This document shows, piece after piece, positions 1 through 9,454 of a stretch of DNA of 14,815 nt. The notes beneath the pieces were generated by a model. That model ran no database searches. It worked only from the letters and a program-made list of their open reading frames with translations, and was not told where the DNA came from. Source of the stretch: Rotaria sordida (Eukaryota). The stretch covers positions 41,099 through 55,913 of the forward strand of contig CAJNOO010000198.1 in the NCBI GenBank assembly GCA_905250875.1, written 5' to 3'. The first letter of the stretch is position 1, and each line of letters begins with the position of its first letter. The position numbers were made by a program, and so were the translations under genes.

Positions 1-1
1 T

Positions 2-1269
2 GGGGAATTGCTATCGATGAATTCATTTTTATCAACGTCAACAAACGAAAACTTTGCTTTGATGTTCACAACACCAATGGCATCAGTGTACCGATGGTAC
101 TGTACCAGTTCTATTTCGAATCAAAATTGATGTTTACGTGAAAACATCGCCGTACGCCGATATTAGACATTTGAGTCAATTTACTGACGACAACGAAATT
201 CTGGTTATGGCTGGAACTATTTTCAAAATTGAATCAATCATTTGGGATAGTGCAAACAAGATTTGGAGAACAGATTTTGTCTATGTGTAGCAACGATGAT
301 CATAAACTCCATGTAGAATTCAATTATTGTAAACAAAATCATCTATCAAACGATCGCAGTACTCTTGTTTGCCTTGGCATCCTTTCAAGAGATCTAGGCC
401 AAATTGATGCAGCCGAAATGTTCTTCAAGAAACAGTTAAATATCGATTCGAATAATACTTTGGCTCTTTCTGGATTAGGATGTGTTGCCAAAGAAAAAGG
501 TCTCACTCATCTCGAATTAGATTATTTCCAACGTGCTCTTCAACTCGATCTTGAACGATTTCCCAATAGTCCAAAAGTTGCTAAGGACTGTATGGATCTT
601 GGAAATTGTTTCAGAGATCAAAACGATTATTGTCATGCTTTGCAATATTATCAGACATCATTGAATCTCTATCTGAAGGTTTACGGTGAAGAAGAACATG
701 AAGAGATTGCTGATCTTTACAAAGCCATGGGTTTATTATATAGGTCGATGAAAGATTATCAAACATCTTTTGATTATCAACAAAAATCTCTTGCTATAGC
801 GTTAAAGACTTTACCTGTAAATCATCCTTATGTAGCAGATATATACACCGCTGTTGGTTGGTCTTATTATGACTTTGAAGATTACCATCAAGCGCTAGAA
901 TATTTTCAAAGAGCATACATAATTACAACGAAATCAACACCACCAGATAGTTTTCGAATGGCCTCAATGTATCATAATCTAGGTCATATCTATTTCAAAT
1001 TAGAAAACATAGGACAAGCAATATTGAACTATCAAAAAGCGATTGCTATTGAAACAAAAGTTGTGTCACCGATGAATTCCTTACAAGCACATACACATTA
1101 TGAACTTGCCATGGTACATGAATATAACAGGCAATATTCGGAAGCACCTGAGAATTATTTTCACTCTCTAGAGAAGTTTCACAGCTCGAATACTGACGAT
1201 CAGCCCATCAAAGCAGAAGAAGGCCTTCGTCGAATGAAAATTCTGTTAGAATACTTAGACTCGTCATAG
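2..1269 (+). CDS. ADP-ribosyltransferase (R-S-E type) C-terminal part fused to kinesin-light-chain-type TPR repeats. The 5' end is cut by the window edge and the reading frame is broken twice, so it may be a pseudogene.
   Basis: Codons from nt 2 to 91 read GELLSMNSFLSTSTNENFALMFTTPMASVY, which contains an STS motif. After skipping about 1 nt near 92, nt 93-278 read DGTVPVLFRIKIDVYVKTSPYADIRHLSQFTDDNEILVMAGTIFKIESIIWDSANKIWRTDF; that frame stops at 288-290. After skipping about 1 nt near 279, nt 280-1266 read SMCSNDDHKLHVEF... followed by repeated 42-residue TPRs, e.g. IADLYKAMGLLYRSMKDYQTSFDYQQKSLAI, VADIYTAVGWSYYDFEDYHQALEYFQRAY and MASMYHNLGHIYFKLENIGQAILNYQKAIAI. The stop is TAG at 1267-1269. 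The supplied ORF 229-1269 is the TPR part. There are no introns. Confidence 0.7.
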
Positions 1270-1630
1270 TCAATTTTGCCGCTATATTTTTATCGACTCA
1301 GTAGTGTGAAGTAAAGATATATGATCCATCTTAAGCTTTGATTCAATGCAGTAGAATTTTTTTTTCTTATGGAATGCCAATTGTTGATATAGATCTTAGA
1401 TTCTGGAAAAAAACAATCATTAGAATGTTTTTTTGGAATGGAGATTGCCTGATTTTAATCAAAAATCAGAAAACAATATATCATAGAGACCGAATCTCCG
1501 TCAGTGAGTTTTGATTTTTAATAAAATTTTTCAGATCATGATATTTATCTTTTCCAAATCCATAACCTCAAAGCATGTTAAATTCTACCAAGTTCAAAAT
1601 TGGCGTCTAGCATCCTGAATCATACACTTT

Positions 1631-1712
1631 GGGTGTGAGTGTGGGTGCGGCGAAAAGAACTAATCTACGCCTGCACCCTCCTTAGTTTTCGACTATCGAA
1701 TTGTAGACATTT
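1631..1712 (+). repeat. Telomere-like foldback module, copy A, in the same orientation as E.
   Basis: The G arm at 1631-1652 is GGGTGTGAGTGTGGGTGCGGCG. The spacer at 1653-1667 is AAAAGAACTAATCTA. The C arm at 1668-1680 is CGCCTGCACCCTC; GGGTGCGGCG and CGCCTGCACCC are near-complementary. The flank CTTAGTTTTCGACTATCGAATTGTAGAC aligns with the E flank through the shared strings CACCCTC, TTAGT, ATCGAATT and TGTAGA. Confidence 0.75.
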
Positions 1713-2885
1713 TTCAGATTGTCCCAAGAAGAAGTTTTTAAATGTGAAATGCATTCATAGTCTTGTATGCAAAAAAAAAATGCTTGGTTTCGTCCTTTTT
1801 TTTTACATGACGATGGCAATCTCATCATATTTCATAGATTAATCTGTTAGGGATTATGTAAAATAATTTAATATTTTCACTAGACTACTGCGAATACCAA
1901 CGGACAGTTTTCATTAATATAGTATTGATTATGAGTTCTCATCGGCAAAATGGTGTTGTGATTTTAATGCTCGCAAGAAACAGATCGTAGAGCGTTTCTT
2001 TCTAGTAGAAATTGAAAATGTATTTTTAAAAGTATTATCGAAAAAATCCATGGAGATTCATCCAGAAAAACGTTCAATCTATTTTTGAATTCTCCTTCAA
2101 TTATTGTGAGGAGAAGTCATAAATCTTTATGTGAAAAGTTCTCCATTCCAATATACCAAACATAGGCAGTTAAATATGAAGAATACATTTGGCGGATTCA
2201 GCTGAAAATTCTATATCGAGAGAAAGACACATATGTTTAAATTAATAATCTGAGAAGATTCTAATTACAATTCGATTGATCACCAGAGAATATACCATAC
2301 CAAAGCTCAATCATTCAAGTGACTGGGAAACCACATGATACAGGATTGAAAATGAATAAACATGAGTTATACTTCAGTGTACAACTTTATTTCATTTGAA
2401 ACAATCAATATGCTTGTGTTGCTTCATGTTTAGCAAGTATTTTGTTTTCAGCTATGACAATTTAGATTTCTCGTCTCATCGTCTCTTAAAAATTAAAAGT
2501 GGAACCAGACACAAAAATAACGGCAATGATGATAGTAATTGCCATAAAACTAGCTGAATAAATTGTCGTTGACAAAAAAATCAGACAACTTTTAGTGTTC
2601 AGTAGACATTCTGAAAATGCAATGTCAGCCAACATTCTGATTTTCTAGTGAGTCGGGTGATGGTGCTCAAGTCCAAGCCTGTAAGAAAAAAGTATTTGAC
2701 GATAGGCGACTGGTAATAAGTCAAGGTGTTTATTTTTTCTGCCGATTTTATCTTTTGATATTATACTAACGTTTTGTATGTGTGTTTTTGATACGATTAC
2801 GTGTACTTTTCGATGTAAATTCTTGTGTAGACAGCAAAACAAAATGATAATACTTAAAATCGAAAATTGTTTCTTCAAATTAATT

Positions 2886-2950
2886 GGTGGGTATGGATGC
2901 CGGTATCGATTAAAGAAGAACTGCATCCGCACTCACACCCATAACCTCAA
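2886..2950 (-). repeat. Telomere-like foldback module, copy B, inverted relative to A and E.
   Basis: The plus strand reads GGTGGGTATGGATGCCGG (2886-2902), spacer TATCGATTAAAGAAGAACTGCA, then TCCGCACTCACACCCATAACCTCAA. GGGTATGGATGCCGG matches the reverse complement of the E C-arm (GGGTGTGGATGCCGG) at 14 of 15 positions. The reverse complement of the right arm gives GGGTGTGAGTGCGG, the arm-1 motif of A and E. Confidence 0.7.
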
Positions 2951-4402
2951 ACTAAACGAAATATTTGCGTTAGAATAACAATAGAATCGTCTTTATGGAA
3001 TCCATCAAATACAGATACTATTGAATTCATATCTCTTTCTCGTAAGTCATAACTGCTGCAGTCAATGAAACCATTTCACAAAGTAGACTGGATCAGTGCT
3101 CGACGTTGGTCAATTTTTCGTAGTTCGACCTGAGTCGGACACTGCTATGGATGTGACTGTGGATTGGTGTTGTTTTTATTCACATCCACTTCCACACTCT
3201 GAACATTATTTGTTAACTTCTTTTATAAAAATAAAAACTTTGAACACTTCTCTACCACCACACAAAAAAAACATAGATCTGAATCAGGATCTTTTGTGTA
3301 TCTATACTCATGCTCATATCTCACAAGCGAAGGAAATAGATCGAACATACGTGCAATTAAGTGTTCAATTACAGTAGTTGTCAATTATTTGCTATTACGC
3401 ATAGTCTTTTTTTCTTTGTTGATAAAAGGGAATCATTTTTCCTAATTCTTGTCTATAAAGTTGAGAGCATGAGTTAAATAAATAGAAAAAAAAGATGAAA
3501 CACAATTTAATGGAAATATCCAATTGGTGACGATAGAATGAAAGTCGTTCTCTTTTGACTCATACTTTTGTGTTATTACTCAATCAAATAAAAATTACAA
3601 TTTCCTATTGACGTTTTTCTTTTCAATTTATTATTTTCATTTTTTGTGTACAAAATAGTGGAATTTTCAGATTTTGGCTGACTTATTTTCTAGAATGTTG
3701 AAGCCATGTACACAATAAAATGCTGTATAAATAATGATCAAATAACTTATGATATGACATATTCTAGTTAAATCGAAGCATTTTACTTTATATACAAATA
3801 TTGTTATAACGGTAAATTGATATTAGTGAAATACCTTTATAATCATTTACCGTGTGTTAAAAGATCATAGAATTTTGTCGTTGTAACATGTATGAATCTC
3901 AAAATAAGTCAATTTATAAATCAAGAAAAAGAATTGCAAGTTGTAGTAAAGAAATTTTCATTCAAGTTCAACTTCAATATATTTTACTTTAGCCGACCAG
4001 CTATAGATTTTTCCTAATTGAAGCTAATCAAACTGTAGTTTTTAATGATTCACATATGTTAAACTTCAAAGTAAATACGAGTAACTGTCAATAATTGCAA
4101 TATTGATAAAAAATACTTACCGATTAGTCATCAAGCGACATTTATTTGCTTTTTTAGATAGCTTTTCATTGGTCTCTAATTGCCACATCATCCGTAATTG
4201 AGTCATAAAACAAACGTTGTCAGTGACGTTAGGATTTATGATAAACGAGTGTTCGAGTATTCTTATGTATATATACATATGTACATGTAGTGTCCTTTAT
4301 ATTCAATCTTTATTTTTTTTTAATAATTTTACTTAGATTCTCATCATTTTTTTTTATTGAAGAAGAATTTCGAAACAAAGAAAAAAATTTCGAATTGAAA
4401 CA

Positions 4403-5422
4403 ATGAAATTATTGGCAATATTTGTTTTATATAAGGAAGACGATGGAAAAGTAAAAGTACTTCAAGATGAATTTAACCTGGGAAGTTTTGGCTATTTTGA
4501 ACGTTATTAGTAAGGCTAATTTCAGTATGAATTAGTTTCATTTGACATCACACGTTTTTTTGCTTGTTTAAGTGTAAAACAATTACTTGTCTTTTCAGCA
4601 AGAACAATTACTGAACGTACAGCTTTATGTACAAGACAGTCTGTCGAAGCTGATCAAAATGTTAATGGTAAGAAAAAAAAGAAATTAAATATTTTTTTAT
4701 AATTTCATTTGGAATTATTGTTTTTTTTTATAGGCATAGTTCATGTTTATGTTCGTCCGGATGGTCTAGCATCAGTTATTATTTCTGATAGTGAATATCC
4801 ACAACGAGTTGCACATATTCTTCTGAGTAAAGTAAGTATTCATTTTTCATATATTTTGTTTCTTATTAGTTCTTTTTTTTTTTCTTTAACTTAAGGTTAT
4901 GAATGATTTTACTACTAGATATCCATCCGCTTCATGCGTAAATATGAAAGAACAGTAAGTTAAATTCATGTCTTAAAAAAAAAGAAAATAATATCTATAT
5001 TTGTCTTATATTAGAACGGGTAAATTGGCATCACTAAGTGAGTCTTTCAAGAAATATCAGGTCAACTTTTTACATATGGCAATAAATAAATGTTTATTTA
5101 ATTTAAATTTAGAATCCACAAGAAGCTGATCCATTAATGCGTCTTGAAAAAGATCTTGATGATACCAAAGATATTCTTGTAAGTTTTGTTTTCATTTAAA
5201 ATAGTTTAATAAGAAAATGTTCTGTCTTTCATTTGTAGATAAAAACAATGATTAATGTACTTGATCGAGGTGAAAATCTTGATGATTTACTTGCACGCTC
5301 ACATGATTTAAGTTCTGCGACCAAAGAATTTGCTAAGACGGTACGAAGATATTCTTGATTTATTTATATTATTTTTGATTTTTTAGGCAAGAAGAAAAAA
5401 TCAATGTTGTACTTTATTCTAA
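4403..5422 (+). CDS. YKT6: Synaptobrevin-like longin R-SNARE YKT6, 8 exons, about 202 aa.
   Basis: Exons are 4403-4509, 4573-4667, 4734-4831, 4896-4954, 5015-5060, 5113-5178, 5239-5340 and 5387-5422. All introns are GT..AG, 46-66 nt, and the phases are consistent. The product is MKLLAIFVLYKEDDGKVKVLQDEFNLGSFGYFERYYVKQLLVFSARTITERT...GIVHVYVRPDGLASVIISDSEYPQRVAHILLSKVMNDF...NPQEADPLMRLEKDLDDTKDILIKTMINVLDRGENLDDLLARSHDLSSATKEFAKTARRKNQCCTLF. It is collinear with human YKT6 as I remember it (MKLYSLSVLYK...HVYVRNDSLAGVVIADNEYPSRVAF...NPREADPMTKVQAELDETK...CCAIM). The shared features include the C-terminal double-Cys prenylation/palmitoylation box. Confidence 0.9.
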
Positions 5423-6978
5423 TCATTTATTTCCATATTATCTTTATTTCATGTTAATTTCAATGTTTTCTTTTTATTGCTTTATTCTATTGTTTTTATA
5501 AAATACCAGATGAAAAGTACACGAAAAAACAAACCGATATTCTTTTTTTGCACAGATGCTTATCATTTTAGTTAGAGTTTATTAAGAAATTATACAATCG
5601 TAAGTTATTTAAATTCTATGAGATAAAATTGCATATAATACAAGTGATTATCATTCGATTTCATGTTGAAAAAGTGAGAAAAAGAGATTCCATTCAGTAT
5701 TTTTATTGTCGATAGAGATTATAGAGAAATAGAGTTTCTCTGAAAAAATCGATTCGTCTTTTATCAAACAATTTTCCGACTTTATGATTGGCTTTTTATA
5801 CGGGATTAAAATCTGTACTTTTACTAAAAGATTTTCTCCAAGATTTCTAAACTTTAAAGAATTTGCCAACAAAAAAATACAAGTTCTTATTTCGAATCTT
5901 CAAGGAACATAGAATAGAAAAAGTATGATTTCAGTTCAAAATTCATATCAACAATTTTTCAATCGATTATTCTATAGAAAATCTCCAGTCAAAAACAAAA
6001 GTTGCACTGTTTCAATTAGAAAATAGTAAATTCCATACGACTGAAAGTCTTCCGATTTGTCATTTCTCATAATAAATTTTTAGATCATGTAGACTTTCAT
6101 GGAACATATACACATGACGATTAAAAATCTAAATGAAATCAGAGATTCAAGAAATTCGTTTAGAAATAGTCTCACTTTGGAATCGAGAATATTGTAATGA
6201 GCACATTGGTATTATACTTGTAAAAAGAGATCAATTTTAATTAATTACTTATTAAAAAATGAGATTATTGAGGAAGTAAATCAGAAAAAGACCCATATTC
6301 TGCTTACCAAAACATCCTCGTCATAGGTAGTAGTAATGAGAACTAACTGATTGTACATTGTTGTTATTATCAAAAACATTTCATCATATTAAAATTGCTC
6401 ATATGTCATTTACGAAAACCTAGACCCTTTTTAGAAACGTAATACTCATAACACTCCATGTTTTCATCTTATTCGATGTTCATTAAAGAAATATTTCTTG
6501 AAAGTCCATCATTTCAACTTATAAACATGCAATAAAATTAAAAATAACGATGATTTAATTAAACTAGTTTTTAATGAGAACGACAAAAAATTAAATATAT
6601 GTAAACTACTATTTCAATTCGATTAGCATTTAAAAGTCAGAGATGACGTCTAATACTTTTTTTAACGACAATTAATTTCATATGTTTGTTTAGAGCAATA
6701 GAAAATCTATCGATGTTTTGTTAAGAAAACTCTTGAGAAAGAACTCTCCAAGATTATTATGATTAATTTTATATAAAAACGACCAAAGATAGCTAAGATG
6801 ACGAATGTCACACATGAAACTAAAATTACATTAAAAAATTTTGTTAGATTTCGTTATTTTTGAACTAAATCATGATTTACGTTGATTCTTGGTTGACAAA
6901 ATCTATCAGAAATAGTGAAATTCGACTGAGTTTTCTGGAGATTTTCTCTTCCGAATTCCGGTGAGGCTAATAAGAGTG

Positions 6979-7024
6979 TTGGTGTAAGTAGATCGTCTCT
7001 CCAGAAACATTCTACCTACACCAA
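6979..7024. repeat. Short hairpin of telomere-like degenerate arms.
   Basis: TTGGTGTAAGTAG (6979-6991) and CTACCTACACCAA (7012-7024) are reverse complements at 12 of 13 positions. The loop is the 20 nt ATCGTCTCTCCAGAAACATT. Confidence 0.5.
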
Positions 7025-7151
7025 TATCCATATCCTAAATCTGATAGAATCCTATCCTACAACATTTTCATGATGTATTAGTTATACCGTCTTGACTGTG
7101 ACTACAGAAAATTCTTTTCTATATTTCGATGTAAGGTTTTGTAGAGTAAAT

Positions 7152-7220
7152 TGGGTGGATTTGGGAATAAAGTTACGAGCGTCGGAGTGTCTGCGGCTTA
7201 TAGAAGAACGTTGCACGTTT
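7152..7220 (+). repeat. Degenerate fragment of the module (G arm plus spacer).
   Basis: The sequence is TGGGTGGATTTGGGAAT...GTCGGAGTGTCTGCGGCTTATAGAAGAACGTTGCACG. It resembles copy A (GAGTGTGGGTGCGGCGAAAAGAACT), sharing GAGTGT..TGCGGC..AGAAC. Confidence 0.4.
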
Positions 7221-7574
7221 TTCGTCAATGTTTATTGAGACTATTCCCGTGAGATGTGACTATGAGCTCGATTTGGTGTTAATGTGTGTTTCTTTGAGTT
7301 TGTATTGGTATAGTGATGGGACTCAGAACATCATCGTGGTTTGAATTTTCAGAATAACTGATTATGGCTGTGTCTTTGGGGTATGGAAACATTTTGATGT
7401 AGATTTTGTGATTCTTGTAGATTGTTGTAGGCATTTGCTTGGATGTGTGAATGAGTGAAATTCACAAACATCCCATTATTCGTCAGATAATCTATCATGT
7501 CATCTCTTCTCTTCAGACTTGCATAAGCATGCTTAAAGTTCGACTAAAAATCATGTTGCCAGAACTTAGTTCGT

Positions 7575-7722
7575 AGGTGTGAGTGTGCACTTGGGTATAT
7601 CAACTCTGTGTCTTATATCTATCCAGGCATATGGAAAAAGCCGCTATCACACGAGGAATTAACCAAACGCAAAACTATACACAAATGCACATCTCATTGC
7701 ACGCGCACCCAAACCCACAACT
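7575..7722 (+). repeat. Degenerate long-spacer relative of the module: a G arm and a C arm about 100 nt apart.
   Basis: 7575-7597 is AGGTGTGAGTGTGCACTTGGGTA, which contains the shared GGTGTGAGTG motif. 7698-7722 is TGCACGCGCACCCAAACCCACAAC, of C-strand type. Confidence 0.45.
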
Positions 7723-8483
7723 ATCACGAGTTTGGCTAAGAATATTTCCTTGATGCTTGTTTGATTCGGAGAAATTTTGCATGTTGCGTAATAACGACGA
7801 TTCGGGTTCACCGTTTTGAAAGGAAGAAAAAACTGTTATCATTAAGCTTGGTAAAACTTTCATATGACACAAAGTAAATAATTTTTTCTCTGATTGAGAA
7901 ATTACATTTGCATTGAGTAAATTTCACAAATCTTTCGTAATTTTAACAGCATATTTTCACTATAAATCGAACGTGTTCGCCTTTTAACTTATTCATTCGT
8001 CTGTGATGACCATATGAAGCTTGAGATATTTCCTACCGAGTAAGTACTCTAAAGTTGCGATATAGCTATTGCTAAAGTCAATGAAACATTATTCATTGAT
8101 TCATCCAACGTCCAAGTGCATTCGAGATTTTTCTTGTTTTAGGAAAAAGATCATCTCTGGTGGTATTAACTGGGCTCACATCAGTTGTGCCAAACGTGAG
8201 AGTAGTCGAAAGGAATAGAATTTAGCAACGCATAATAAACTCATGAATAAACCTATGACAGTTTTTTTGTATTACAGAATATTCTACATACAAAAATTTT
8301 TTTCCAAGATTAGGTTGAAAGCTTACTCTGTAGATATAAGTTGATGGATATCTGTCATTGGCTTAGAAAACAAGTTACAGATACGACAGTTCTTACTTAT
8401 ATACAACTTAATTACTCAACTTTTATTCTTTATCTATTCTTACAGATATCTTGATAATTTTTCAGATTTCTTTAACATTAATT

Positions 8484-8911
8484 ATGTTTGACAACGATGA
8501 ACTTGCTTGCGTATATGCGGCACTCATGTTAGTCGACGATAACGTAGAGATAACGGGAGATAAAATTGCGACAATATTGAAGGCAGCTAAGTATGAGGCG
8601 GAACCATTCTGGCCTATCTTATTCGCCGATGCAATAAAAGGTATCAACGTAAACGATCTTATCAAGAGTGTGAACTCAGTACCAATTGTTAATGTCAGTA
8701 CCAATGCACCCATCACTAATGATAAGAAGCCACTAGACAATAACGCCACAAAAGAAGGAACATCAAAACGAGACGAAGAGCAAAAATTAAATGCTTTGGA
8801 CGATCCATTCAATGACAATGGTGAAGTATCGGACGTACGTATCATATTTTTCAAGTTGATTTTCTGATCTGTTGAGTCTTTTTTTTGCAGATGTTCAGTT
8901 TGTTTGGCTAA
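8484..8911 (+). CDS. RPLP1: 60S acidic ribosomal stalk protein P1-like gene, 2 exons, 123 aa. The hinge and C-terminal tail are divergent.
   Basis: Exon 1 is 8484-8834 and exon 2 is 8891-8911. The intron is 56 nt, from GTACGT to TTTTTTGCAG. The N-terminal domain MFDNDELACVYAALMLVDDNVEITGDKIATILKAAKYEAEPFWPILFADAIKGINVNDLIKSV matches the P1 pattern (human ...[59 protein letters not shown]). Splicing restores a stalk-like terminus ...GEVSD|MFSLFG*, compared with the canonical ...DDDMGFGLFD*. Without splicing the ORF ends in unrelated residues at 8867. An AATAAA hexamer lies at 9000-9005. Confidence 0.8.
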
Positions 8912-9178
8912 ACTAACAAATCGTCGATGATAATTCATGTATCGTCAATTGATATTTTTGTATGCTTTTTTACATGGTCTTCGTATCAAAAGATTTCAAA
9001 ATAAATTCAACATTAACATCATTCGAGTCGTTTATTTTGTGGAACTCGCACAGGAAAATAGGTTTAATGGAAGTTTAAGACAAGAAAATTGTTCATCCCC
9101 TAAACCTGCAGTAATCCGATTTATATACTAAAAAGAGCACTCCAAAAGTTTTTCCCCAAATTTTTAGACAAATACATA

Positions 9179-9367
9179 TGTGGGTGTGGGTGTGGGAGTG
9201 TGTGGGTGTGGGTGTGGGAGTGTGTGTGGGTGGAGTTGTGAGTGTGATGTGGGTATGCGTGTGAGTGCAGTTGAAGAGAAGAACTAAATCAATACCCACA
9301 CACCTACCATCCCACCGGCATCCACACCCTCTTTAGTATCTTGTTCTTGATCGAATTTCTGTAGATT
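9179..9367 (+). repeat. Telomere-like foldback module, copy E: long degenerate G-strand tract, spacer, C-strand arm and conserved flank.
   Basis: 9179-9270 is TGGGTG TGGGTG TGGGAG TGTG, the same block again, then ...TGAGTGTGATGTGGGTATGCGTGTGAGTGCAG. The spacer at 9271-9294 is TTGAAGAGAAGAACTAAATCAATA. The C arm at 9295-9331 is CCCACACACCTACCATCCCACCGGCATCCACACCCTC. The flank 9332-9367 (TTTAGT..ATCGAATTTCTGTAGAT) is shared with copy A. Confidence 0.8.
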
Positions 9368-9454
9368 TGATCAGTCAAACAGCTACTCAGTCACTTGATA
9401 ATTCTTATCAGTAATTTTGAAATACAAAAGATTTCTTTGTATTATAGCAACTAG

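Noticed and set aside
1639-2978. ORFs 1639-1842 (+), 2645-2932 (-) and 2778-2978 (+).
   Set aside because: They start in or run through the telomere-like modules A and B. They are Cys/Phe/Lys-rich, AT-driven sequence with no motifs and are most likely non-coding.
4709-4894. 61-aa plus-strand ORF.
   Set aside because: It is a read-through of YKT6 exon 3 into both flanking introns. The spliced model explains the conserved middle part (IVHVYVRPDGLASVIISDSEYPQRVAHILLSK).
3096-7872. Isolated ORFs 3096-3377 (+), 5651-5872 (-) and 7675-7872 (-).
   Set aside because: I see no family resemblance, no splice-linked partners, and composition typical of the surrounding intergenic DNA.
8462-8938. 158-aa ORF antisense to the P1-like gene.
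   Set aside because: It is fully overlapped by a sense-strand gene with clear family similarity and a confirming splice. The antisense product is low-complexity with no recognisable motif.
9093-9299. 68-aa minus-strand ORF rich in His-Thr and Pro-Thr dipeptides (HTHTHITLTTPPTHTPTPTPTHSHTHTH).
   Set aside because: It is simply the translation of the CCCACA-type complement of the telomere-like tract and has no coding context.
9179-9331. Ancestral telomere-telomere fusion scar (human 2q13-style).
   Set aside because: The same spacer motif and flanking sequence recur at 1631-1712 and 2886-2950. Independent fusions would not share non-telomeric spacer and flank, so a repeat family explains it better.
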